DNA from: a virus
Taxonomy: Duplodnaviria; Caudoviricetes
Virus record (IMG/VR): IMGVR_UViG_3300011335_000731
Coordinates: 10,147-74,146 of that record
Strand: one strand, 5' to 3'
Length of the DNA stretch: 64,000 nucleotides
A program made the translations under genes and the position numbers. Below are positions 18,977 to 28,628 of this stretch, piece by piece. The notes below the pieces were generated by a model that was not told the origin of the DNA, ran no database searches, and was given only the letters and a program-made list of their open reading frames with translations. Position 1 is the stretch's first letter, and each line of letters opens with the position of its first letter.

Positions 18977-19744
18977 GAAGAACAACAACAAATAGACCTA
19001 GTAACGCTCAAAAACAACCTTTTTGAGTATGTGCGCCTGCAACTGGGCAGCCAGATCATTGACATTGAACTGGACCCAGCCCACTTTGAAGCAGCATATC
19101 AGAAGACCATTGGCACTTACCGCCAACGGGCCAACGCCGCGTATGAAGAATCATACAGTTTCATGCAGTTGGTCAATCAGCAAAACATCTACACCTTGCC
19201 GCAGGAAGTGCAGAGTGTGCGACAGATCTTCAAGCGCACTTTTGGTATAGCGTCAGGCCCTATGGGATCAAACTTTGATCCGTTCAGTCAAGCAACGATG
19301 AATGTGTACTTGATCAACTTCAACCAATCAGGCGGTCTTGCCACATACGATTTCTACAGTCAGTATGTGGAATTGGCTGCTAGGATGTTTGGCGGATTCT
19401 TAAACTACACTTGGAATCCCGTCACAAAGAAACTGCAAATCATCCGCAATCCAGCAGGCGGTGGTGAAGTAGTGCTATTATGGACCTACAATCTCAAACC
19501 AGAGATCCAGTTGTTGAGTGATTTCCAGATCCAGCAGTGGATCAGAGATTACACTGTGGCGGCTTGCAAGATGATCATCGGTGAAGCCCGTGAAAAATTT
19601 GGCACTATCGCCGGACCCAATGGCGGCGGCACACTAAACGGTGCTGCTATGAAATCCGAAGCCAAAGAAGAGATGGCAGATCTCATCAAGCAATTGGTGA
19701 ATTATGTTGATGGAAGTCAGCCATTAACCTTTGTGATTGGGTAA
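18974..19744 (+). CDS. gp13: Neck protein / head-tail adaptor, T4 gp13-like
   Basis: YVRLQLGSQIIDIELD...AREKF..I.GP.GG..LNG..M..EA; start moved to MEEQQQ, 6 nt after GGAG. Confidence 0.85.
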   Translation: MEEQQQIDLVTLKNNLFEYVRLQLGSQIIDIELDPAHFEAAYQKTIGTYRQRANAAYEESYSFMQLVNQQNIYTLPQEVQSVRQIFKRTFGIASGPMGSNFDPFSQATMNVYLINFNQSGGLATYDFYSQYVELAARMFGGFLNYTWNPVTKKLQIIRNPAGGGEVVLLWTYNLKPEIQLLSDFQIQQWIRDYTVAACKMIIGEAREKFGTIAGPNGGGTLNGAAMKSEAKEEMADLIKQLVNYVDGSQPLTFVIG

Positions 19745-19759
19745 GATCTGTGCTATAAT
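19731..19759 (+). promoter_or_regulatory. sigma70-type early promoter (extended -10)
   Basis: TTGTGA-N17-TATAAT with TG motif; ATG 6 nt downstream. Confidence 0.65.
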
Positions 19760-19765
19760 TAGCAC

Positions 19766-20290
19766 ATGGCTGATCTAATGATTGATATTGAAACGGTAGG
19801 CACAGGCCCAGAAGCCTGTATCCTGACCATCGCCGCCCAGGCATTTGACCCACTGGGCACGGGCTATCACAAACAACAATTCTATGCTCGAATTGACCCC
19901 GACAGTCAACCTGGCCGTAACATCGAACAAGGCACAATTGAGTGGTGGGCTACACAACCCGCTGAAGCACAGGAAGAAGCCTTTGGATTAGACAATCGTA
20001 TCTCACTAGATACGGCATTGGAAGAACTGGGACGGTTGATCTGGAAATCAAAAACGATCTGGGCCAACGGACCAACTTTTGACATGAACATTCTTGAGCA
20101 TGCTTACAAGAGTTTCGGCCGCCCGCTGCCTTGGCAATACTACAGAGTAAGAGATGCTCGAACTGTATATGCTCTATATCCGGGCCTGGGTAAGCCACCT
20201 GCAAGCCATCACGCATTGGAAGATTGTCGTAGACAGATCGATCTTCTACAGGCTACACTTCAACATCTAAATGTAAAGGCACTATCATGA
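19766..20290 (+). CDS. dexA: DEDDh 3'-5' exonuclease, T4 DexA-like
   Basis: LMIDIET, WANGPTFD, RDART, HHALED. Confidence 0.8.
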   Translation: MADLMIDIETVGTGPEACILTIAAQAFDPLGTGYHKQQFYARIDPDSQPGRNIEQGTIEWWATQPAEAQEEAFGLDNRISLDTALEELGRLIWKSKTIWANGPTFDMNILEHAYKSFGRPLPWQYYRVRDARTVYALYPGLGKPPASHHALEDCRRQIDLLQATLQHLNVKALS

Positions 20291-20934
20291 TTATTGGAAT
20301 CTGCGGATTCATTTCAGCGGGCAAAGACACTGCTGCTGACTATTTGGTAAACTTTCACGGCTTTCGTCGTGACTCATTTGCAGCCACACTCAAAGACGCT
20401 GTGGCTTCAGTGTTTGGTTGGGATCGAGAACTGCTAGAAGGCCGCACACGATCCGCCCGTGAGTGGCGTGAGCAAGTGGATCCTTGGTGGGCTGAACGGC
20501 TTGGAATGCCGCACTTGACACCACGCTGGGCTCTGCAATACTGGGGCACAGAAGTGGGCAGGAATGCGTTTCACACAGACATCTGGATTGCTAGTTTGGA
20601 AAACAAACTGCGTAAAAGCGCAGACAACATCGTGATTTCAGACTGTAGATTTTACAATGAAGTGGCTGCTATCAAGAATATTGGTGGGCGTGTGATCTGG
20701 ATCCAGCGTGGAATAATCCCGCACTGGTACGACATAGCATCTAAAGCCAATCACGGCGACGAAGCAGCACAGCGTTGGTTAGATAAAGAAGGTGTGCATG
20801 CTAGTGAATACTCCTGGGCTGGCACTACATTTGATCATGTTGTGGAAAACAATTCCACAGTGGATGATCTATACCGGCAACTCAGCGGTCTGCTTGCAGC
20901 GGATTTGGCACCCAAGGAACATCCAGTCGCCTGA
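20287..20934 (+). CDS. gp1: Deoxynucleoside monophosphate kinase, T4 gp1-like
   Basis: IIGICGFISAGKDT P-loop, LQYWGTEVGR, ISDCRF.NE, HASE. Confidence 0.9.
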   Translation: MIIGICGFISAGKDTAADYLVNFHGFRRDSFAATLKDAVASVFGWDRELLEGRTRSAREWREQVDPWWAERLGMPHLTPRWALQYWGTEVGRNAFHTDIWIASLENKLRKSADNIVISDCRFYNEVAAIKNIGGRVIWIQRGIIPHWYDIASKANHGDEAAQRWLDKEGVHASEYSWAGTTFDHVVENNSTVDDLYRQLSGLLAADLAPKEHPVA

Positions 20935-21226
20935 CTTCCTCCACACAGTTCAGACACACAGTCCTGAGATTGTTCAGGGCAACATTGTTCATATTGCTAT
21001 CTATGTGATATACCAAGGTCTGACTGGCAAATCTTGGCTTAAACCCACAGCGATCGCATGTGGGTTTTTTCTTGTATCCTGCTCGTTTCCATAGTGCGTC
21101 TGGCGGCTTGATCTTCTTGTTTCTACGGATGCAGTGATCGCATCGTGCCCGATAGTGGGTGATTCCATCTCGAACATAGTTCACTGCCACTAGGCGTTGG
21201 TTGCAGGCTGTACACATGGGTCTCAT
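20882..21226 (-). CDS. Zn-finger / HNH-like protein
   Basis: CxxC pairs plus HIDSNMNNVALNNLRTVCLNC; ATAAATA-N4-ATG upstream supports expression. Confidence 0.65.
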   Translation of the reverse strand: MRPMCTACNQRLVAVNYVRDGITHYRARCDHCIRRNKKIKPPDALWKRAGYKKKPTCDRCGFKPRFASQTLVYHIDSNMNNVALNNLRTVCLNCVEEVRRLDVPWVPNPLQADR

Positions 21227-21230
21227 GGTG

Positions 21231-21298
21231 TATTTATGGTATAAACCTTTGGCAAAGGGCTCCTCAACCCCCCTGGTTTTGTGGTCATCCGATAAATA
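21231..21298. promoter_or_regulatory. Divergent late-like promoters (HNH gene and tail sheath)
   Basis: TAAATA on the minus strand at 21231-21236 and on the plus strand at 21293-21298. Confidence 0.6.
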
Positions 21299-21325
21299 TC
21301 TGTAACAGTTTTTAAAGGAGCCAAC

Positions 21326-24300
21326 ATGGCACTAGTATCACCCGGAGTCCAAGTCACAGTGATTGACGAAAGTCAATACCTTCCAGCAGCCACAAATTCA
21401 GTACCGTACTTCCTGATTGCCACAGCACAGAACAAAGTATCAGGTTCAGGAGTCGGAGTAGCCGCAGGTACCTTAGCAGTCAATGCAAATCGTCTGTATC
21501 TGATCACCAGTCAGCGTGATCTTGCAGCCACCTTTGGTAATCCATTCTTCTACAAAACCACAGTGGGTACACCCATCAATGGTTACGAACTCAACGAATA
21601 CGGCTTGTTGGCTGCTTATTCAGCATTAGGTGTCACAAATCGTGCTTATGTACAGCGTGTGGACATTGATCTTACTGAACTCACAGCCACTTTGGTTCGT
21701 CCTACTGGTGAACCAGACAACGGCACATATTGGTTGAATACCGCTACAACCCAATGGGGTATCTTTGAATGGAATCAGACCACTGGTGCATTCAGCAACA
21801 TGGTTCCGTCAGTGATCATCAGCACCACCGAACTCAGCAACGGAGTACCATTGCAAGATTACGGCGCCATTGGCGATTACACAGTAGTAGCCACCAACAC
21901 AGCTAATCCTGTATACTACAAAAACGGTACAGTGGTAGCTGCAACAGGCAATTCTACCACTCTCAGCGACTTGTTTAATACATGGGTGTTAGTCGGAAGT
22001 GATGATTGGAAATTGAGTTACCCTGCTGTGCAAGGTGCTAATGCAGTGACCACAACTCTTACCGCAGGTAACACCATTGTTATCAATGGTACCAGTGTAG
22101 CAGTTCCTGTGTCAACCAACAACACAATCCAAGGTCTCAGTGGTGCGATCAACACTGCTAGTATCACTGGTGTGTATTCTGCTGTGATTGACAACAAACT
22201 TTGCTTGTTTGCAGATAGTTCAGCCACAGCCGACGGTTCTACAGCCGATGATGGTATCATCCGCATCAGTTCTACAGGATCTACAGTAGGATTGCTCACA
22301 ACATTAGGACTTACAGCCGAAGTCACTTACTATGCTCCTGGCATACAACAAAGTCCAAACTACACATATCCTCGTTGGAGAACCACTGACGCTACTCCAC
22401 GCCCTACAGGCAGCGTATGGAACAAGACCACTGCACAAAATCTTGGCACCGCCATGATCGTGGAAAAATACAGCACCGCATTAGGTGCGTGGATCACACA
22501 GGCAGCTCCTGTGTATGAAAATGACTGGTCGGCCAATGCGGCATTGGACTCCACCGGTGGCGGTAAGAATATTGCTGCTGGCACAACCTACACCCAATAC
22601 AATGTGGATCCAGCCGCAAGTACAGTGGGAGCATATCCTTACAACAGCACTTACACTCTGCAGGTTTTTGAACGCAGCCCAGCTGGTCCCACAGTAGTAA
22701 CTGGCAGCACTAGCACACCTAGTTTTACCAATGGTGATCAATTTACTATTACCACAAGTCTGGTAAATTCTACTGCATTGAGCAGCACAGTCACTGTCAC
22801 AGTAAACGGAACTGATGCGGCAGCATTTATCACTGCTGTGAGTTCTGCTGGTTTACCCAATGTGGTAGCCACAGTGACCAGCACCGGTGCTATCGTTCTT
22901 ACACAAAGCATTGGTGGCGTGATCCTGTTGCAAAATGTTAGCAACGACACTGCTGTGACTGATGCTGGTTTCACCACCAGCACCACAGGTTGCCGCAATA
23001 TTGTAGACAACAATCAAGATGAGTATTTGCAACTCAGCGGATGGGTTCCATTGACCTACACAGCCAGCAATGTAGCACCTGATCAAGATCCTGCAAATGG
23101 AACATACTGGTATTACTCAACAACCAGCCAAGTAGACATTATGATCCAAAGTGGATCTGGTTGGGTAGGGTATCAAAACGAAACCAATGATACTCGCGGA
23201 TACAATCTTTCTAATACCAATCCTACTGGGCCGATTATCTCTGCCACAGCACCCACCACACAGACCGACGGTACCGTGTTGGTATACGGTGACATCTGGA
23301 TTGACACCTCAGATCTGGAAACATATCCGGTAATCAAGCGTTGGCAACAAGTGGATGGAGTGAATCAATGGGTATTGATTGACAACACCGACCAACAATC
23401 ATCAAATGGTGTATTGTTTGCAGATGCTCGTTGGAGCACCACAGGTACTGTGAACCCTATCACAGGTGATCTACCAAGTATCACATCTTTGCTCACAAGC
23501 GATTATTTGGATGTGGACGCTCCTGATTACACACTATTTCCAGCAGGTATGTTGTTGTTCAACACACGCCGTTCCGGATTCAATGTAAAGAGCTTCCGAG
23601 TTGATTACTTCAATGCTGCTGATTTCAGTTATCCTACATGGAGCAGTGGTACTAACTATGCTGTGGGCGATCAAGTATTGTACAATGCTGTGCTGTATGT
23701 GGCGATCCAATCCAGCACCAATGAAAATCCTGCGACACAGACTTCATATTGGGATCTACTAGAAACCAATTCATGGGTCACAGCAAGTGGTAATCGCAAT
23801 GATGGCGCTCCAAACATGGGTCGTTTGGCTCAAAGAGCATTGATCGTTGCTGCATTGAAATCAGGTATTGATACCAGTATCACAGTGCGTGAAGAACAAG
23901 CACAGTTCAACCTCATGGCCTGTACTGCATATCCTGAGTTGATTCCTAACATGGTTGCACTTAGCAACGAACGCAATAATACTGTGTTTGTTGTAGGTGA
24001 CACACCTATGCGTTTGGGCGCAGATGGCACCGACATTATCTCTTGGGCCACAAACAACAGCGGAACAGGAACATTTGCTGGTGACGGTCTCACAACCAGT
24101 TCACCATATGCTGGTGTGTTCTATCCAAGTTGCCAAACCACAGATCTTGGCGGAAGTGCAGTGGTCACAGCACCTAGCCACATGATGATCCGTACAATGA
24201 TTCGCAGCGATGCAGTGAGTTATCCGTGGTTGGCACCCGCTGGTACACGCCGCGGTGTGATTGACAATGCTGCTAGAATTGGTTACATCAATGCTACCAC

Positions 24301-24784
24301 AGGTGAATTTGTGACCATCGGTAACAACCAAGGTCTGCGTGATATTGAATACACAAACAATATCAATCCAATCACATTTATTCCTGGTGTGGGCATCACT
24401 AACTTTGGTAACAAGACTATCTATGGTCAGACTTCTTCCTTGGATCGTATCAACGTAGCACGACTGGTTGCGTTCATGCGTGGCAGATTGGAAGAAATCG
24501 GCAAGCAGTTCTTGTTTGAACCAAACGATCAGATCACTCGCAATGAAGTTACCAATGCTGTAAATGGATTGTGTATTGATCTTGTGGCCAAGCGTGGTAT
24601 CTATGACTTCTTGGTTGTGTGTGATGATTCAAACAACACACCTGCTAGAATTGACGCCAATGAGCTGTGGGTTGATATCGCAATCGAACCTGTGAAGGCT
24701 GTGGAATTCATCTATATTCCATTGCGTCTCAAGAACACAGGTGCCATTTCTAACTCACAAAGCGCTGTGGCATCCAGCGCCTAA
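21326..24784 (+). CDS. gp18: Tail sheath protein, T4 gp18-like, enlarged (1152 aa)
   Basis: MALVSPGVQVTVIDES, WLAPAG.RRG, INPI...G....G.KT, LDRINV.RL, FEPND, IEP.KAVEFI. Confidence 0.95.
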   Translation: MALVSPGVQVTVIDESQYLPAATNSVPYFLIATAQNKVSGSGVGVAAGTLAVNANRLYLITSQRDLAATFGNPFFYKTTVGTPINGYELNEYGLLAAYSALGVTNRAYVQRVDIDLTELTATLVRPTGEPDNGTYWLNTATTQWGIFEWNQTTGAFSNMVPSVIISTTELSNGVPLQDYGAIGDYTVVATNTANPVYYKNGTVVAATGNSTTLSDLFNTWVLVGSDDWKLSYPAVQGANAVTTTLTAGNTIVINGTSVAVPVSTNNTIQGLSGAINTASITGVYSAVIDNKLCLFADSSATADGSTADDGIIRISSTGSTVGLLTTLGLTAEVTYYAPGIQQSPNYTYPRWRTTDATPRPTGSVWNKTTAQNLGTAMIVEKYSTALGAWITQAAPVYENDWSANAALDSTGGGKNIAAGTTYTQYNVDPAASTVGAYPYNSTYTLQVFERSPAGPTVVTGSTSTPSFTNGDQFTITTSLVNSTALSSTVTVTVNGTDAAAFITAVSSAGLPNVVATVTSTGAIVLTQSIGGVILLQNVSNDTAVTDAGFTTSTTGCRNIVDNNQDEYLQLSGWVPLTYTASNVAPDQDPANGTYWYYSTTSQVDIMIQSGSGWVGYQNETNDTRGYNLSNTNPTGPIISATAPTTQTDGTVLVYGDIWIDTSDLETYPVIKRWQQVDGVNQWVLIDNTDQQSSNGVLFADARWSTTGTVNPITGDLPSITSLLTSDYLDVDAPDYTLFPAGMLLFNTRRSGFNVKSFRVDYFNAADFSYPTWSSGTNYAVGDQVLYNAVLYVAIQSSTNENPATQTSYWDLLETNSWVTASGNRNDGAPNMGRLAQRALIVAALKSGIDTSITVREEQAQFNLMACTAYPELIPNMVALSNERNNTVFVVGDTPMRLGADGTDIISWATNNSGTGTFAGDGLTTSSPYAGVFYPSCQTTDLGGSAVVTAPSHMMIRTMIRSDAVSYPWLAPAGTRRGVIDNAARIGYINATTGEFVTIGNNQGLRDIEYTNNINPITFIPGVGITNFGNKTIYGQTSSLDRINVARLVAFMRGRLEEIGKQFLFEPNDQITRNEVTNAVNGLCIDLVAKRGIYDFLVVCDDSNNTPARIDANELWVDIAIEPVKAVEFIYIPLRLKNTGAISNSQSAVASSA

Positions 24785-24801
24785 CGGCACCGCTAGAACA
24801 G

Positions 24802-24830
24802 AAAATGGGGTGGAAACACCCCTTTTCTTT
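24802..24830 (+). terminator. Rho-independent terminator
   Basis: GGGGTG-gaaa-CACCCC followed by TTTTCTTT. Confidence 0.75.
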
Positions 24831-24845
24831 TGGCCTCAACAGAGG

Positions 24846-24851
24846 TAAATA
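24846..24851 (+). promoter_or_regulatory. T4-late-like promoter
   Basis: TAAATA, then SD AGGAG before the tube gene. Confidence 0.65.
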
Positions 24852-24872
24852 AATGCATAGGAGATTACAAAT

Positions 24873-25490
24873 ATGGCTGTTTCATCATTAACAAGAATGA
24901 CAGTGCCCTTGGCAAGCGATCAAAGCGCGAGTAACCAAGGCTTGCTCATGCCCAAACTCAGTTATCGCTTCCGAGTGATATTTGAGAACTTCGGGGTGAG
25001 CACACCACGAACAGAACTTACCAAACAGGTGATTGACTTCAAGCGTCCTAATGTGACATTTGATGAGATCACTATTCCAATCTACAACAGTACATTGTAT
25101 CTGGCAGGAAAATACAAGTGGGCCACTACCACTTGCAATCTGCGTGACGATGCATCAGGTGCTGTGAGTCGTTTAGTTGGCGAGCAAATACAGAAGCAAA
25201 TGGACTTCTTAGAAATGGCGTCTGCTGCATCAGGTATTGACTACAAGTTTACCACTCGTTTCGAAGTGCTGGACGGTGGTAACGGTGCTGCTGAACCCAC
25301 TGTGTTGGAAACTTGGGAACTGTATGGTTGCATGCTCGAAGGTGCCGATTACGGCAGTGCCAGCTATGGCGAAAGCAAGGCCCTGCAGATTGGTCTCACA
25401 ATTAGATTTGACAATGCTAACCAAACACCTAATGGAAGTGGTATTGGTAGCACTATTGCTAGAACAGTCAACGATGTTGTGACAGGATAA
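24873..25490 (+). CDS. gp19: Tail tube protein, T4 gp19-like
   Basis: Follows the sheath; YRFRV.F...RPNVTFDEI.IP..N...AGK..W...DD. Confidence 0.85.
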   Translation: MAVSSLTRMTVPLASDQSASNQGLLMPKLSYRFRVIFENFGVSTPRTELTKQVIDFKRPNVTFDEITIPIYNSTLYLAGKYKWATTTCNLRDDASGAVSRLVGEQIQKQMDFLEMASAASGIDYKFTTRFEVLDGGNGAAEPTVLETWELYGCMLEGADYGSASYGESKALQIGLTIRFDNANQTPNGSGIGSTIARTVNDVVTG

Positions 25491-25496
25491 TCGCAA

Positions 25497-26699
25497 ATGT
25501 CTTGGGGACAGGACTTTTCAAAAGAGTTTTTTGGTGGGCAAGGTCTCAAAGACTACGCCCACGCTTCAAAGACCTTCCGCACCAACGGATATGAATACGC
25601 GCCACGGAACAAGTTTTTGTTCCATTGCTACTTCAATCTCAATGTCAGCAAGATTCCGACTCTGGCGTCGATATACAACAGCACAGAAAAAGCCACAATT
25701 GGTCTCATGGTCAAGACCATACAGTTGCCTAAGTTTACCATTGACACAGAAATACTGAATCAATACAATCGCAAACGGGTAATCCAAAAGAAGATCAATT
25801 ACAGCTCGGTACAAACAACCTTTCATGATGATGGCGGAGATCTGATTCGTAGCATGTGGTACAACTACTACAGTTACTACTACAAAGATCCTAGCCAGGC
25901 ATATGGACCACCGGCACAAAATGGCGATATCGGCCAGGTAGCCACTTTGCCCGGGTTTGACTATAATGCTAGAGATATCTACACCAATGATCGAGTGATC
26001 AATGACTGGGGTTATATCGGCGAAGCCTATGATCAAGGCAATGCCGGTAGTGGTGGCGTAGGATCAGGTGGCGATCAGAATTCAGGCAAACCTGCGTTCT
26101 TTAGAGATATCACAATCTATGGCATGGACCAACACAAATGGGTTGGCTATGTGCTGGTCAATCCAATAATCAAGAGTTGGGATCACGACACATATAACTA
26201 CAGTGAAAACGCTGGTATCATGCAAAATTCAATGACCATAGACTACGAAACTGTGAAATATTATTCAGGCGCCATTGGCGGGTCAAGGGCGGATACCAAT
26301 GTGGTTGGATTTGCAGATCCTGCTTACTATGACAATGTACGATCTAGCTTGGCAAGACCGGGCAGTACACAAACTGTGCTAGGGCAAGGTGGCTTGTTGG
26401 ATGCTGGTATTGGTATCATACAAGATCTGCAGGCTAGAGGTCCGGCTGGTATTATCGGCGCTGTGCAGAAAGCCGGTACTGCTTACAACACATTCAAAGG
26501 CAAGGATCTACGATCTGTTGTGAATGAAGAAGCCAACATTGCATTGAAGAGTGCATTGAAAAACACTCTTCCTGCTCAAGTTCGTCAGGCACAAAATAAT
26601 TCAGGAGGAATTGTTTTTCCAAGAGAACCTAAATTTGTTCTTGGCGATCAACGTGGACCACTAAGTGGTACACAGAGAATAACAATACAACAAAGATAA
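25497..26699 (+). CDS. Tail-tube-like / baseplate-tube junction protein (gp54/gp48-like)
   Basis: VKTIQLPKFTIDT...YNRKR..Q.KINY..V..TFHDD is a tube-fold paralogue pattern. Confidence 0.55.
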   Translation: MSWGQDFSKEFFGGQGLKDYAHASKTFRTNGYEYAPRNKFLFHCYFNLNVSKIPTLASIYNSTEKATIGLMVKTIQLPKFTIDTEILNQYNRKRVIQKKINYSSVQTTFHDDGGDLIRSMWYNYYSYYYKDPSQAYGPPAQNGDIGQVATLPGFDYNARDIYTNDRVINDWGYIGEAYDQGNAGSGGVGSGGDQNSGKPAFFRDITIYGMDQHKWVGYVLVNPIIKSWDHDTYNYSENAGIMQNSMTIDYETVKYYSGAIGGSRADTNVVGFADPAYYDNVRSSLARPGSTQTVLGQGGLLDAGIGIIQDLQARGPAGIIGAVQKAGTAYNTFKGKDLRSVVNEEANIALKSALKNTLPAQVRQAQNNSGGIVFPREPKFVLGDQRGPLSGTQRITIQQR

Positions 26700-26700
26700 T

Positions 26701-27063
26701 ATGGGCGGAACAGTTAACGCACTCAACACCAATGTAGATCTCACAGTTAGAATCTACGATCAGTTCTATACCTACGAACAATTTGTCAATGCTGAAGAAT
26801 ATGATGCTGTATTCAGCTATATGAGATCAGTATTCACTACAGATATCGCAGCAGGCAATTTTACGGTAGCATTGTTTCGCATTTCAGATACCACTGGCAC
26901 ACCGGTTCTGACTATTTTGCAAGAAATCCAAGGGCAAGATTCCATCCAACTCACGCTAACACTTTGTTATTATCTCAACAACATAAGAAGCGGCAGCACA
27001 TTGTTGGGTGTAGGCGCATCGGTTACCCCTAACTATTACACCGCAAGGAATGTGCTGGCATGA
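26701..27063 (+). CDS. Hypothetical protein in the tail operon
   Basis: Tightly packed ORF; overlaps the next gene by ATGA. Confidence 0.65.
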   Translation: MGGTVNALNTNVDLTVRIYDQFYTYEQFVNAEEYDAVFSYMRSVFTTDIAAGNFTVALFRISDTTGTPVLTILQEIQGQDSIQLTLTLCYYLNNIRSGSTLLGVGASVTPNYYTARNVLA

Positions 27064-27488
27064 GCCGCTGGGCCAACGGCGAGTATGTTATTACCAACCC
27101 GGGCAAGTATGTGGGAAAAAACAAACCCAGATATCGATCAGGGTGGGAACACTCATTCATGCGCTTTTGCGACAAGAACGATGCAGTGCTGCAATGGGCA
27201 TCAGAGAGCATAGCAATACCTTATCGTAATCCCATCACCGGCAAGAACTCTATGTATGTGCCGGATTTCTTTATCACATATCGCACCAAGGGCAATGTGC
27301 AGCGTGCCGAAATGATTGAGATCAAACCCAAAAAACAAAGCGTGATTGAAAGCAAGATGAACAGCAAAGACCGTGCTGTGGTTGCCATCAACTATGCCAA
27401 ATGGGCGGCAGCACAGGCCTGGTGCAAGCGAGCAGGCATACACTTTCGGGTTCTAACAGAGGATGACATGTTCCATAAGCCGGGTTGA
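27060..27488 (+). CDS. gp4: Head completion nuclease, T4 gp4-like (TnsA-like fold)
   Basis: YRSGWE..FMRFCD....VLQWASE...IPY...Y.PDF...EIKP..Q...N.AKW.AA. Confidence 0.9.
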   Translation: MSRWANGEYVITNPGKYVGKNKPRYRSGWEHSFMRFCDKNDAVLQWASESIAIPYRNPITGKNSMYVPDFFITYRTKGNVQRAEMIEIKPKKQSVIESKMNSKDRAVVAINYAKWAAAQAWCKRAGIHFRVLTEDDMFHKPG

Positions 27489-27507
27489 CGGATCCGGTAA
27501 ATATGGT

Positions 27508-27996
27508 ATGAAGAAATTAGAAGAATTATTCGACTTACCGCCCTCTGGAGATCCTGAAGAGGATCTCGTCTACACCCCCGAACAAACCCAGTCAGTTATG
27601 GCTGAGATTGATGAAACCATCGACAAGATTGATGCTGCCCTTCCGGGTGTGCGCGACTTGAGTTCATCTGACAGTGAGATGGATGAACTGGCCGATCTAG
27701 CCAAGGGCAGTTACAAGGATCTCATGGACTTGGGTATGAATGTAGATTCAAGATTTGCTGCTGAGATATTCAGTGTGGCCGGTGCCATGCTAGGGCATGC
27801 ACTCACAGCCAAGCAAGCCAAGATGAGCAAGAAGTTGAAAATGATCGATTTGCAGTTAAAAAAAGCAAATCTGGATGCCAAACTCGCAGATTCAGACCGC
27901 GACCCTCCACAGCAAGGCCAAGGCCATGTATTGGATCGCAATGAATTGTTGGATAGATTGTTAGGCGATAGAAAGACAAATGCCAAAAAAGTATAA
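27508..27996 (+). CDS. Probable terminase small subunit (gp16-like), otherwise hypothetical
   Basis: Helical core DLMDLGMNVDSRFAAEIFSVAGAML...KMIDLQ loosely resembles T4-like gp16; TAAATA-N4-ATG. Confidence 0.4.
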   Translation: MKKLEELFDLPPSGDPEEDLVYTPEQTQSVMAEIDETIDKIDAALPGVRDLSSSDSEMDELADLAKGSYKDLMDLGMNVDSRFAAEIFSVAGAMLGHALTAKQAKMSKKLKMIDLQLKKANLDAKLADSDRDPPQQGQGHVLDRNELLDRLLGDRKTNAKKV

Positions 27997-27999
27997 ATA
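27992..27999 (+). promoter_or_regulatory. T4 late promoter, full consensus
   Basis: TATAAATA, then SD AGGA. Confidence 0.75.
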
Positions 28000-28016
28000 T
28001 CACATAGGACTCTGAT

Positions 28017-28625
28017 ATGAAAAAATTTCACCAATATCTTGCAGAAAGCGAACGCACATACGATTACAGGATCAAGATCCTGGGCGATGTGCCTCCAACC
28101 TTTATCAAGGATCTGGAACAAAAACTCGAACAGTTTGACATCGTCAAGATGTCAGGCAAAAAGACCACACCTGTGCAGCGACTGTTAAAAGACTTCCCCA
28201 ATGAAGAAAATGACATGGTCACCAGTGTAGATGTGAGTTTCCGTTATCCAGCTATCGAACCACAGATACAACAACTGGCTCAACTGTTGGGATTTAACCC
28301 AAACAGGATCCGACTGTTGACACAGCCATATTCAGATAGCATTGACAAAGAGATCACAGACATCACAGCACAGAACAAGGACTTGATCGCCGATACCGAT
28401 TATCCTGCACCTGATGCCGAACAACAAGCATTGAAGAAAGATTACTCCGGTAATCCTTATCAACATTCAGTATTGCAAAATGCATATCGTTCAGATTTCA
28501 CAGTAGCCGGTGGCAAAACACCTCCAGCAAAAACCACAAATGACATCAAGCAGGACACCAAGAGTCCAATGACCGATGTCAAACGCATGCCAAGGCCTGC
28601 TACTTTCGCAACACCAAGAGGATAA
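28017..28625 (+). CDS. Putative internal head protein
   Basis: N-terminus MKKFHQYLAE resembles the T4 capsid-targeting sequence. Confidence 0.5.
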   Translation: MKKFHQYLAESERTYDYRIKILGDVPPTFIKDLEQKLEQFDIVKMSGKKTTPVQRLLKDFPNEENDMVTSVDVSFRYPAIEPQIQQLAQLLGFNPNRIRLLTQPYSDSIDKEITDITAQNKDLIADTDYPAPDAEQQALKKDYSGNPYQHSVLQNAYRSDFTVAGGKTPPAKTTNDIKQDTKSPMTDVKRMPRPATFATPRG

Positions 28626-28628
28626 ACC

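Noticed and set aside
21326-24784. Intein or intron explaining the oversized sheath
   Set aside because: No Cys/Ser...His-Asn splice motifs or LAGLIDADG blocks seen; the extra length looks like beta-rich inserted domains
27060-27488. TnsA transposase / mobile element
   Set aside because: Size, motifs and position match T4 gp4 head-completion nuclease; no TnsB/TnsC or terminal repeats
27485-27513. sigma70 promoter from TTGACG at 27485
   Set aside because: No -10 box at 16-18 nt spacing; TAAATA-N4-ATG explains the site better
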